The position numbers and the translations under genes were made by a program. Below are positions 46,682-56,413 of a DNA stretch of 64,000 nucleotides, piece by piece; positions within the stretch are counted from its first letter, which is position 1, and the number at the start of each line of letters is the position of its first letter. A model generated the notes under the pieces. That model searched no databases and had not been told where the DNA came from. It saw only the letters and a list, made by a program, of their open reading frames with translations. The stretch covers positions 160,001 to 224,000 of the forward strand of contig CAWDSQ010000020.1 of the NCBI GenBank assembly GCA_963804955.1, written 5' to 3'. The DNA is from an uncultured delta proteobacterium (GTDB taxonomy: Bacteria; Desulfobacterota; WTBG01; CAIYCZ01; CAIRTM01).

Positions 46682-47533
46682 TTATTGCTTTGATAAAATG
46701 ATGCAATCTGCTTTGAGGGTTTTCAGTGCTGTCTGCATATGCTGCTGCTGCTTTTCAGTCAGGCTGCCCAGCAGGTCAACAAGCATGGAAAGTGTTGCCG
46801 TTTCATTCTGGTGGATGGCATTTCGATATGCCGGTGTCCACAGATGCTCCGGCTCGACAAACAATCGCTCCAGCAGCTTCCTTTTTTCAGCCTCAGGTTC
46901 ATTTCCTTCAAGAACTTCCTGAAGTCTTTTTTGCCAAATGCGGCGGTTTTCAAGCCACAGATTCTGCAGCGGAACAAGGGATTCAGCCCATCGCTCAAGG
47001 ATAGCCTTTTGAGCTATAGTCAGCCGCCCGACAAAACGCTTGAGCGGCTTTTCCGCCTGATCAAAATGTCGTGTTGTACGTTGGACCGGCTTTTCGTTCA
47101 GAAACTTTTTTTCAAGCTCCTTCTGTTTTTTTTCAACCGCTGCATAAAAGGACCGGCGCTGGTCCCTGTCAAGCAAAAGCAGCAGCCCTGCGCAATCAGG
47201 TGCGGCCCGTATCATAATATCGCGCCAGAACTGTTTGAGGCGGTCGGAGTGCTCCTGCAGCATTGCAATGTTGAGCGGTCCGGGCAAATCCCGTTGCAGT
47301 CGATCTGCAAAACGGCTGTAACGAACCAGCTGTTCCGAGCGATGCCACTGCAGCAGTGCTTTCAGCCTTTGTTCATAAACATCATCCTGCCGGCTGTTCA
47401 GGCTAAGGTATTCATTAAGATTCCAGGTAATGATCCAGTCCAGATAGTTGTAGGCCAGGCGTGTATTGCTGCAGGCACACAGAAGGCACAGCACCAGGGC
47501 GGCAAGAGTATTTTTTATGCAGCGAATATTCAT
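46682..47533 (-). CDS. Lipoprotein, DUF6279-like
   Basis: Lipobox LCAC; RLAYNYLDW, WHRSEQL..Y, LTEKQ..H. Confidence 0.75.
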   Translation of the reverse strand: MNIRCIKNTLAALVLCLLCACSNTRLAYNYLDWIITWNLNEYLSLNSRQDDVYEQRLKALLQWHRSEQLVRYSRFADRLQRDLPGPLNIAMLQEHSDRLKQFWRDIMIRAAPDCAGLLLLLDRDQRRSFYAAVEKKQKELEKKFLNEKPVQRTTRHFDQAEKPLKRFVGRLTIAQKAILERWAESLVPLQNLWLENRRIWQKRLQEVLEGNEPEAEKRKLLERLFVEPEHLWTPAYRNAIHQNETATLSMLVDLLGSLTEKQQQHMQTALKTLKADCIILSKQ

Positions 47534-47571
47534 AGCCGGAAGTCGTATGTGGTCACTCGGAATAATTAAGG

Positions 47572-47600
47572 AAAAAGGACCCGCAGTGGTCCGGGCCCTT
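47572..47600 (-). terminator. Possible terminator downstream of the GT4 gene
   Basis: Minus strand AAGGGCCCG...CGGGTCCTT followed by TTT. Confidence 0.5.
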
Positions 47601-47781
47601 CAAGAAGTCAGCATTATACTTCATCTGTGAAAACATCAAAATAAATATATATGTAAGATAGGAAGATGTGGCCATCCTCTTTCCGTGGTCAATCCCTTTT
47701 TATAAAAATTTATGGTTCTTCCGATTCATAACCCCGTGACAGCAGTAAAAACATCCCGTTTCATAGTGGCAATTTATTAGA

Positions 47782-50085
47782 TTAAGCGACAGTCCGCGAC
47801 GATTGTTTTAAAATCTCATCAGCATAAAGCTTTTGCAGTGTCATCAGTGCAAGCAGCCATTCAATTGTCGATTCGGCGCCTTCATTTTGATTGATGCCGT
47901 CAGCCATCAGGCCGTCTCGGCAGCCGCCGGTTTTAGCGTCATAAAGCGGCATATTAAGGTCGTTCTGCCCCAGAAACCAGTTAAAACACATGACCGCACT
48001 GTCAATCCATATTGTATCGCTGGTGATGTTAAAGGCTTCGATACAGGCATCAATCATTGAATTAGGCTCTATCGGCTGCTGGTCAAAGCGTGCCCTTGCC
48101 CCGCCTTTTTCATACCACCCGTTGCTGCCGATGGGCACAAAGTGGCCGTCTTCAGTCTGGATAGCAAGCAGCCATTTGAGGCTTCTAAGCCCCATATCGA
48201 TCATATCGCTGCGGTGCATCCACTGCCCTGACAGCAACAGGGCATGCGGCAGCTTTCCATTGGCATAGTTTAAAGTATTTTCAAGCCATGGCCAATCTTC
48301 AGTTGCATTGTTTTGAAACTGATCGAATAACCGAACGGCAAGGATATCCCTGATGCGGCGAACTTCGCTGTCGCCTGAAAATTTTTGCAGATAGGCATGC
48401 ACGCCCACGAGGGCAAAAGCAATCGCCCGTGGTGATTTAAAAAATTCCAGGGCTTTCAGCGCCTGGTTGAAGAGTTTTGTGCTCATTGCCAGTTGACCGG
48501 GATTATCGAGAAAAGCAACAGTCTTGCCCAGGCCCCAGAGCGCCCTTCCATGAGAATCCTCTGATCCTACCTCATCCAGCCACTGACGCGAATAACTCAT
48601 AAAATTTCGAAAACGCCCGTTTTCCTCATTGAAGGCATACAGCAGAAAGCTGAGATACTGGTTGCTGAGGGAGTCAAAGAATTTGCTGTCGGCAAGCATG
48701 TATTTGCTGCCCATGGAGGCTACCATAAGCGCCCGGGCATTATCATCTGTACAATAGCCATGAATACGGTCGGGGATGGTCTGAGTGGCATGCTGCAAAA
48801 TACCGGTGTCGTCGGTAAGGGCTTTCAGATGATCGAGCTTCGGCTCCGGCAGTTCGAATTTTGTGATAGATTTGATATTTTCAACATACGTATGCCTGGG
48901 GCGCGGGTGACTGGCCCTCTTGAGCCTCACCTCACTGAAAACCTCAAGATATTTTCGGGCGACCTCTTTCCATGTTGCCTCGCGGCTGAATGTATAGGCT
49001 TTTTTACGGATCAAGTGACGAATTGTATCGTTATCAATAAGGTCTATGATTTGTTCCGCCATGGCATCAGGATTGTTAAATGGAACAATTCTTCCCCGGC
49101 CTTCGGCAAGCATCTCGACCGCATACCAGTACGGGGTGGAAACGATTGCTTTGCCGGTTCCCATGGCATAGGCCAGCGTTCCGGAAGTTATCTGAGCCTC
49201 ATCAAGATAGGGGGTTACATAAATATCGGCAGTGCCAAGAAACTCACATAATTCCTTCATCTCGACAAAACGATTTTGAAAAATGACATGTTCACTGATA
49301 TTCAGCTTGCGCACAAGCTGTTGAAGGCTGATGCGGTATGCATCCCCATGTGACTTCAAAATATGGGGGTGTGTTGCCCCCAGAATGATATAGACGACAT
49401 CAGGATGTTTTTTTATAATCGCAGGAAGCGCCTGCAGCATAATTTCAATGCCTTTATTTGGCGAAAGCAGCCCGAAGGTGAGCAGCACCTTTCTGCCTTC
49501 CAGGGCGAACTGGTCTTTGTAATAATTGGGATCCATAAACGGCGTATCAGGGATGCCGTGGTGGATAAAAGCAATTTTTTCTTCCGGAACACCATAGATT
49601 TCCTGGAGAAAGCCAATGGCTTTGCGGCTCATCACGACGAGTTTATCGGACAGGTCTGCCAGGCTGCGCATAACTGCAAGATATTCAGGAGCTGGATTTT
49701 TGAGAACAGTATGAAGCGTCGTAACAACCGGCATGCGAAGCTCACCGAGCAGTTTCAAAAGATGGCTGCCGGCTGGCCCGCCGTAAATGCCGTACTCATG
49801 CTGTACGCAGACAATATCTGTCTGGCTGATATTGATAAATTCCGCAACGGTATTGTAATCGGTCAGCTTGTTCTGATTGACCTCAAAACGCACCTTTTCC
49901 GGATAGGGATACCCTTCGGGCTTATCATTTATGGCTGCCGCCCAGCAGTTGATATCAGGAGCCTCCGCCGTTACAGCCTCAACAAGATCAGTTGTGAAAG
50001 TAGCGATACCGCACTGGCGTGGCACATAGTTGCCTATGACGGCAACCGAATCAATTCCCTCATAATATTTAATAACTGATGGCAT
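47782..50085 (-). CDS. GT4 glycosyltransferase fused to a C-terminal helical (six-hairpin glycosidase-like) domain
   Basis: PRQCGIATFT, QHEYGIYGG, GLLSPNKGIE, SGTLAYA; C-domain YCTDDNARAL, EDSHGRALW, FDQQPIE, NEGAES. Confidence 0.9.
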   Translation of the reverse strand: MPSVIKYYEGIDSVAVIGNYVPRQCGIATFTTDLVEAVTAEAPDINCWAAAINDKPEGYPYPEKVRFEVNQNKLTDYNTVAEFINISQTDIVCVQHEYGIYGGPAGSHLLKLLGELRMPVVTTLHTVLKNPAPEYLAVMRSLADLSDKLVVMSRKAIGFLQEIYGVPEEKIAFIHHGIPDTPFMDPNYYKDQFALEGRKVLLTFGLLSPNKGIEIMLQALPAIIKKHPDVVYIILGATHPHILKSHGDAYRISLQQLVRKLNISEHVIFQNRFVEMKELCEFLGTADIYVTPYLDEAQITSGTLAYAMGTGKAIVSTPYWYAVEMLAEGRGRIVPFNNPDAMAEQIIDLIDNDTIRHLIRKKAYTFSREATWKEVARKYLEVFSEVRLKRASHPRPRHTYVENIKSITKFELPEPKLDHLKALTDDTGILQHATQTIPDRIHGYCTDDNARALMVASMGSKYMLADSKFFDSLSNQYLSFLLYAFNEENGRFRNFMSYSRQWLDEVGSEDSHGRALWGLGKTVAFLDNPGQLAMSTKLFNQALKALEFFKSPRAIAFALVGVHAYLQKFSGDSEVRRIRDILAVRLFDQFQNNATEDWPWLENTLNYANGKLPHALLLSGQWMHRSDMIDMGLRSLKWLLAIQTEDGHFVPIGSNGWYEKGGARARFDQQPIEPNSMIDACIEAFNITSDTIWIDSAVMCFNWFLGQNDLNMPLYDAKTGGCRDGLMADGINQNEGAESTIEWLLALMTLQKLYADEILKQSSRTVA

Positions 50086-50163
50086 GGAAACAGGCTCCTC
50101 TCATAATAGTACGTTTAGGCCGTTCACTAACAGCTCGAGTTTAAATACAGTCTGCGATAGGTA

Positions 50164-51642
50164 TCAAAAAATATACATTTGGCATATCCTTCGGTAGTGA
50201 TAACCGTAGATTGCCAGGGTAATTGCCAGTGGCAGCAGCTTGGGCTTGCAAATCATGATCCAGAGCAGCAATCGCCAGTACTGAAAGCGCTCTTTGCCTA
50301 GAACACCGAGCCTGATTCCTGCACGTACGAATGCAAGCGACCGCTGAAAATTCATCGGCAATGAATACCTTGGCTCTCTGACTTCTTTTAAAAAATTTCT
50401 GGTCCGGCGATAGTAATTATTGGGGGCATAGATATGCTTCATGATTGAACGGTACCCCTCGACCAGACTGTCCAGACCCATCAGTGGTATGATATTGGTT
50501 GTCCCGTCCACATTATCTCCGGAGCCAGCGCCGATTAGCCGGTGCTCCTTGCGAAGGCGGTCAAACAGCCTCGTTCCAGGTGGCGCCTGCAGCATGCCGA
50601 CCATTGCGGTTACGATTCCGCTTTTTTGAATAAAATCGATCTGACGCTGAAAAATAGACGGCGTATCGCAGTCAAAACCGACTATAAAACCGCCCATAAC
50701 CTGCAGCCCTGCGAGATGAATTTTTTTAACACTTTGAAGCAGATTCCTGTTGCTGTTCTGAATTTTATGACATTCCGCCAGGCTGGCTTCATCCGGCGAC
50801 TCGATGCCGATAAAAACGGAATCAAAGCCGGCCTGGAACATCATATCCATCAGTTCCTGGTCATCCGCCAGATTAATGGATGCTTCAGTAAAAAAGACGC
50901 ATCCACGCTTATCCTTTCGCCACTGTATCAGAGCAGGAAGCAGCTCGGCTTTGAGGCTTTGTTTATTTGCGATAAAATTATCGTCAACAAAAAAAATGCT
51001 GCCACGCCAGCCAGCAGCATACATGCGGTCAAGCTCCGTAATGATCTGCCGGGATGTTTTCATGCGGGGCTGATGGCCCAGCAGAGCTGTGACATTGCAA
51101 AATTCGCAGTTGTACGGGCAACCCCTGGAAAACTGAATGCTCATGGATGCATATCTTTTCATGTTTACCAGATTCCACAAAGGGGGCGGAGTATCATGAA
51201 GATTGCAAAAACCCGAGGCACGGTATACTTTTTTAGGCTCCCCTTTTTCAAGGTCCGACAGAAAGCAGGGAAGAGTCAGTTCAGCTTCATCGAGAACGAG
51301 GTGATCCACCTCCCCGCATGCATCAGGTTCAGCGGTAAACAGCGGGCCGCCGGCAACTACTTTAAGACCAGCAGCCCTGCACCTGGCGATGGTATGGTCG
51401 GCCGATTTTCGTTGCACAGCCATGCCTCCGATAAATGCCATGTCTGCCCATGCAATATCAGCATCTTTAAGGGTCTCAACATTAAGATCCACAAGGCGCC
51501 TCTCCCACTGCTGCGGAAGCATTGCTGCAACGGTCAGCAGGCCAAGTGGTGGAAATGCCGATTTTTTACCGATGAAGCTCAAGGCGTACGAAAAAGACCA
51601 GAACGTATCCGGAATCAAAGGGTAAATAAGCAGTATGTTCAT
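50164..51642 (-). CDS. B12-binding radical SAM protein (DUF4070 C-terminus)
   Basis: PPLGLLTVAA, GGP cobalamin domain, RGCPYNCEFC, FVDDNF, GFIVGFD; AAGGAGG RBS. Confidence 0.95.
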   Translation of the reverse strand: MNILLIYPLIPDTFWSFSYALSFIGKKSAFPPLGLLTVAAMLPQQWERRLVDLNVETLKDADIAWADMAFIGGMAVQRKSADHTIARCRAAGLKVVAGGPLFTAEPDACGEVDHLVLDEAELTLPCFLSDLEKGEPKKVYRASGFCNLHDTPPPLWNLVNMKRYASMSIQFSRGCPYNCEFCNVTALLGHQPRMKTSRQIITELDRMYAAGWRGSIFFVDDNFIANKQSLKAELLPALIQWRKDKRGCVFFTEASINLADDQELMDMMFQAGFDSVFIGIESPDEASLAECHKIQNSNRNLLQSVKKIHLAGLQVMGGFIVGFDCDTPSIFQRQIDFIQKSGIVTAMVGMLQAPPGTRLFDRLRKEHRLIGAGSGDNVDGTTNIIPLMGLDSLVEGYRSIMKHIYAPNNYYRRTRNFLKEVREPRYSLPMNFQRSLAFVRAGIRLGVLGKERFQYWRLLLWIMICKPKLLPLAITLAIYGYHYRRICQMYIF

Positions 51643-51753
51643 AGCTTTAACCTCCTTTTCGCACCACAGATAAGAAATCGATTTTTTTGTATTATTTTCT
51701 ACAAACAAGCTTACCCTGTTGCAGGTTACTCCTCATTGTGCTGAACGTCTCTA

Positions 51754-52137
51754 TCAAACCATGACAACCGAGCTGTCTCTGCTGTCAAAAAGGCTTTTCT
51801 CGTACCTGTCGGCTAGCACGTCATTTTCCCAGCGTGATTCATCGATACAATACCTGAATTGGTAATTCTTTCCTGCCTCAAGCACCTGCGTAAGAAACCA
51901 GGTGCCGCTTTTAAGCCTCCGCAAGGGATTTGCCCGCCTGTCCCAGTTGTTAAAATCACCGGCCAGGGTAACGCTTTGCGCATCGGGAGCAGCGGCGTGC
52001 TGCAGTTTGAATGTTACCTTGCACATTGTTTTTTCTGTTCGATATTCTTTTTGCATACCTCCGCCAGCAGTAACAGAATTATTCTGGGTTAGCCCTGCCC
52101 GCGTCCCTTCGATTTGGTCATGTATGACTTTATCCAT
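51754..52137 (-). CDS. Isoamylase early-set / CBM48 glycogen-binding protein
   Basis: VTF...A..V.LAGDFNNW, YQFRY..D...WEND; a second start with a GGAGG RBS at 52056. Confidence 0.88.
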   Translation of the reverse strand: MDKVIHDQIEGTRAGLTQNNSVTAGGGMQKEYRTEKTMCKVTFKLQHAAAPDAQSVTLAGDFNNWDRRANPLRRLKSGTWFLTQVLEAGKNYQFRYCIDESRWENDVLADRYEKSLFDSRDSSVVMV

Positions 52138-52305
52138 AATGTTATCCTTTATCTAAAAATGCATGTTTACCGGGCTGCATACAGTTTTGTGCCCGGCCCA
52201 TTTCCGTCCTTGGTGTATATGCGAGCTTGCGTGGTCAGCTGACCCTTTCGTGATAATGTACACTTTCATGAGCAGCACAACTACTTTTGTTACCAGGTTG
52301 TCTCA

Positions 52306-52941
52306 CTATGGAGAACCTGAGAGTAAAACTTTTCGCAGGGCCAGCTTGTTCATAATGCCGTCAGTATGCCGCTGTACCTCGCTCTGGCTTATCTTCAGTT
52401 TCCGTGCAATATCCAGGTTGTTCATTCCTTCACCGACAAGCTCGATAATTTTACGCTCAATCCCGCTTATTTTCACCGATGCCTTATCCATCCGGAATGT
52501 ACCGCTTTTTGCAGCATGTTCAACAATGCGGGAAAAAAGCGAACCTGGGAGCCGGTCGGGGATAACCCTCGCACCCCCCGCCACGGCCCTGATTACCTTC
52601 AGAAAATCTTCAAGGGTTGTGTCCTTATTGACAAAACCTCCAGCGCCAGCCCGTATAAACTCGTCGATTTCATTCTGCACGGGAAGGGCGTCCATAACGA
52701 TGATTACGGCCCCCGAGGTTTCCCTGCTCAGTGATTCTGTCACGTGCAGGCTGTTTTCATGCGTCAGGCTTACATCCAGCAGGACAACAACACCCTTGCA
52801 ATCGCGCAATGCGGATGCAGCATGTTCAAAGTCTGCTGCAGCTTGTATGACTTTCATATCTGGCTGCCCGCTGAGCAGGGATGCAATACCTTCCCTCAGA
52901 AGCGCGTTATCTTCAATAATCAGAACCCTGATCTCTTTCAT
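52306..52941 (-). CDS. NarL/LuxR-family response regulator (acceptor Asp retained, HTH divergent)
   Basis: IIEDN, LLD, GFVNKD; C-terminal GMNN..IA..L. Confidence 0.88.
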   Translation of the reverse strand: MKEIRVLIIEDNALLREGIASLLSGQPDMKVIQAAADFEHAASALRDCKGVVVLLDVSLTHENSLHVTESLSRETSGAVIIVMDALPVQNEIDEFIRAGAGGFVNKDTTLEDFLKVIRAVAGGARVIPDRLPGSLFSRIVEHAAKSGTFRMDKASVKISGIERKIIELVGEGMNNLDIARKLKISQSEVQRHTDGIMNKLALRKVLLSGSP

Positions 52942-53159
52942 CGGTGCACCTCGTTTCAAAACCCGCATATGGTTATGCATGCAGGCAGCACTCTGTCTTT
53001 GTTAAAGAGTATAGGGATATAGCCAAGGAAATAAAATCGACCACGAGAACTAAAAAAGAGCTAGATCCTTGGAGGGGGGTGGTATGAAAAATTTAATCAA
53101 TACTATGACTAATACCGGCTGTACCATAGAGAAAAATGCGGCGGCGGTACTCTCATGTA

Positions 53160-53831
53160 TCAGTCTTGGGATGCGCTGCTGAAGTCTTTTTGGCTGTGGG
53201 AATAGGCGGCTACCTGCAGGCGGGAGTGCAGCGCAAGCTTTTCAAGAATGTTGTGCACATGGCTCTTGACCGTAAAGGTGGCAAGGTTAAGATTTTGGGC
53301 AATTTCCTTGTTGCTCAGGCCCTGCCCGATCAGTGCAATAACCTGCTGCTCTCGTGCGGTCATTTTTACGGATTTTTTAAACAAAGAAATTTTCCCCGCC
53401 TTGACGGCATTTTCTACGATTTGCGAGAAAAGAGAGGTTGTCAGGGGGTCAGGGAGAACTTTTTCGCCCCTGGCCACAGCCCGTATTGTCATGATAAAAT
53501 CTTCAAAGGACGCATTGCTCAAAATAAATCCGGTGACCCCTGCCTGAACGAATTCCATAACGTCAGTTTGACCCGGCATCAGGTCCATGACGATCAGCCC
53601 GGTGTTCGGGGATTCTTCCCTTATCTTTTTAAGCACCAGCAGGCAGCTTTGTTTTTGCAACCCCCTGTTCAGGATGATTACCTGCGGCTTTTGCTGGAGC
53701 ACCTTTAGAGCAGCCTGTGCAGACCCTGCCGCGGCAAGTATTTTTATATCTGTGCAGCCCTTAAGCATGGCTGCAAGGCCTTCGCGCAGGACACGGTTAT
53801 CTTCAATGATGAGCAGGTCGATTTTTGTCAT
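53160..53831 (-). CDS. NarL/LuxR-family regulator with pseudo-receiver domain
   Basis: IIEDN, but ILN in place of the acceptor Asp and GFILSN lacking the Lys; canonical MTAREQQV...GLSNKEIA..L....TVKSHVHNILEKL HTH. Confidence 0.9.
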   Translation of the reverse strand: MTKIDLLIIEDNRVLREGLAAMLKGCTDIKILAAAGSAQAALKVLQQKPQVIILNRGLQKQSCLLVLKKIREESPNTGLIVMDLMPGQTDVMEFVQAGVTGFILSNASFEDFIMTIRAVARGEKVLPDPLTTSLFSQIVENAVKAGKISLFKKSVKMTAREQQVIALIGQGLSNKEIAQNLNLATFTVKSHVHNILEKLALHSRLQVAAYSHSQKDFSSASQD

Positions 53832-54259
53832 GGGCACTGATTCATTTTGTAAAACATTGAAGGCATACTGTTTTTATAGTTTCATCTATATATTCTAACA
53901 CTTTTTAGAATTAATTCTATATAAATAAAGTGCTGTTGCCCTTGTTGACCGAAGAATAATCGGCAGTTCCATGTTTTACCTCTACGAGTATCCACAGGCT
54001 TTAAGATGCATTTTTTTGTATGTATGCGCTACCCATATTTGTTCAATAAGTACATATGCTGTCCCAGTCATAATGATTGTGTACTTTCGTACACAGAAGC
54101 TGTAGAGCCAAAGTCTTGACAGATAGACTTCGGCTATGGTCTACTTTAATACAAACTGGCAAAGACAGGCTATGGTATAAAACCAGCACGGCTTATCACG
54201 TACTATACCCTGCCTCCTGTCTTAACAACCCCAACCACCGTGTCTTAAGGACCGTGCTT

Positions 54260-55642
54260 ATGAGAAATTTAATGGCCGTTTTGCTGGCCGCTTCCATGTA
54301 CTTCCTGCCCCATCATCAGTCACAAGGCTTCGTTGATGACCTGCGGCGCACGCCGGTCGTCAAAGCTGTTGAAAACACTAAATCAGCTGTTGTCAGTATC
54401 AGCACCCATGAGCAGGTATATGAGCGTGACAATCCGTTCAGCAACAGGAGGAGCGATCCTTTTTTTGATCGTTTTTTCGAAAACTTTATGGATGATCGCT
54501 ATCCCATGAAAGAGTCTGTGCGCACGCACCTTGGATCAGGCGTAATTATCGAAGCGCGCGGCTATGTGCTGACTAATTGGCATGTCATTGAAAAAGCATC
54601 AGCCATATCTGTAACAACTGATGATGATAAGGAATACAAAGCTGTACTGGTGGGAGCCGACCGGAAGTCCGACCTTGCTGTTCTGAAAATTGATTCATCT
54701 GAAACGTTCAAGCCCGTTCCTCCTGGCGATTCAGACGCAATCCTTATCGGCGAGACCGTCATCGCCATCGGCAATCCGTTTGGCTTCAGCCATACCGTTA
54801 CAACGGGCGTGATCAGCGCCCTGCACAGAACAATCAGGGAGAACGACCAGATATATGAAGACTTTATTCAGACTGATGCGTCCATCAATCCAGGCAATAG
54901 CGGGGGGCCGCTGCTGAACATCAACGGTGAACTTGTGGGCATTAATACCGCCATTTATGGAGAGGCCCAGGGTATCGGGTTTGCCATACCCGTTAATACC
55001 GCACGGCGCATTGTTGATGATCTGCTGCGGTACGGAGAGGTTCGGCCTGCCTGGATCGGCCTCACGGTCAAGGGCCTTACCCGGCCGGCTGCAGAGCAGC
55101 TCGGTTATACGGGGGCATATGGCGTTATAGCAGCAGAGGTCATAACCGGCAGCCCTGCGGCCCGCAGCGGCCTTGCCGAGGGTGATATCATACTGTCAAT
55201 CGGCGATCAGAAAGTCAAATCACCTTCTATCTACAAACGGCTGCTTGGTCTGTATACTGCCGATGCGGCAGTTAAAATTGAATTTTACAGAAAAGGGTCA
55301 GTCAGCCAGGCCACGGTGAAGGCCGCAGAAATTCCCGCCGGCCACATCGAGGCAATCATTGCTAAAAGCCTCGGTTTTGATACTATAGACAACAACGGCC
55401 AGATAGCCCGCCGCTACGGCCTTGCTTCTGACGAGGGGATTGTTATCTCCAAAATTAATCAAAACGGCCAGGCAGGCAGGAAAGGACTCAGGCCGGGCGA
55501 CATCATTCTGCAAATGCAGGGCCGCGAAATCAAAAACACGGCCGACTTCAAGCATCAGTTTCCGCAGCACATGTCCGGGGATTCCATCGTGCTGCTGGTG
55601 CAGCGGGGGAGGTATGGATATTATGTGTCTTTTGACCTGTGA
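54260..55642 (+). CDS. HtrA/DegP-family serine protease with two PDZ domains
   Basis: LGSGVII, TNWHV, DLAVLK, QTDASINPGNSGGPL; two PDZ domains. Confidence 0.95.
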   Translation: MRNLMAVLLAASMYFLPHHQSQGFVDDLRRTPVVKAVENTKSAVVSISTHEQVYERDNPFSNRRSDPFFDRFFENFMDDRYPMKESVRTHLGSGVIIEARGYVLTNWHVIEKASAISVTTDDDKEYKAVLVGADRKSDLAVLKIDSSETFKPVPPGDSDAILIGETVIAIGNPFGFSHTVTTGVISALHRTIRENDQIYEDFIQTDASINPGNSGGPLLNINGELVGINTAIYGEAQGIGFAIPVNTARRIVDDLLRYGEVRPAWIGLTVKGLTRPAAEQLGYTGAYGVIAAEVITGSPAARSGLAEGDIILSIGDQKVKSPSIYKRLLGLYTADAAVKIEFYRKGSVSQATVKAAEIPAGHIEAIIAKSLGFDTIDNNGQIARRYGLASDEGIVISKINQNGQAGRKGLRPGDIILQMQGREIKNTADFKHQFPQHMSGDSIVLLVQRGRYGYYVSFDL

Positions 55643-56413
55643 AGCTTCCGGACAGGCTTTTGAAGCGGTTTTTTTGGGGGTGTTTTTGCAGGCGCTTTTT
55701 CAAGGGCCTTGATCGACTCTATTTCTATTTTATTCAGAAAACGGTGCGCTCCGACCGGCAGCGCTCCCAGCTCAAGCGGACCGAATTCCGTGCGAATAAT
55801 GCGTATAGCCTGATGCCCGACAGCTTCAAACATTTTTCGTATCTGCCGGTTTCTGCCTTCCTTGAGCCTTACCTCAAGCCATGAATTCTTGTCAAGTTTT
55901 GACAGCACTTTGATTTTGCATTTGTTTGTCTTGACAGTGTCGATAAAAACACCAGCCCTGAGCTTATCAAGCACAATGCGGGACGGGGACTCCCTTCACC
56001 TTGACCCGGTAGCAGCGCTCAATTTCAAAACGAGGATGCTGCAGCATCTGGGAAAAATCACCGTCATTGGTCATGACCAATAGCCCCTCGGTCTCGTAGT
56101 CGAGACGCCCCACCGGTACGATGCGCTCGGCAATGCCGCTCACCAGGCCCATGACCGTGGGTCGGCCTTGCGGGTCTTCAACCGACGTTATATAGCCCGG
56201 CGGCTTATTGAGCATCAGATATATCTTGTTTTCCGCGGCTCCAATGGCCATACCGTCAAGCTCAATGACATCATGTCCGGCATCAGCTTTGGTGCCAAGC
56301 TCAAGCACCACGCCACCGTTAACGCTCACGCGGCCTTCAAGTATCATTTCTTCAGCCTTGCGGCGCGACGTAATGCCGGCCCGGGCAAGTATCTTTTGGA
56401 GTCGCTCTTTCAT
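55621..56413 (-). CDS. rluB: 23S rRNA pseudouridine synthase (RluB/RsuA family), split by one extra base
   Basis: ERLQK..SRR S4 domain, GRLD, EGRNRQIRKM; joins by removing one G of GGGG at 55985-55988; follows scpB. Confidence 0.9.

Noticed and set aside
50542..51744. 400-aa plus-strand ORF
   Set aside because: Antisense shadow of the radical SAM gene with no motifs; the same applies to 46739..47569, 26558..27283, 33281..34036, 49363..50079, 52163..53005 and 56413..57150
36833..54100. Active integrative element or prophage at tRNA-Pro
   Set aside because: No integrase, att repeat, structural or conjugation genes seen
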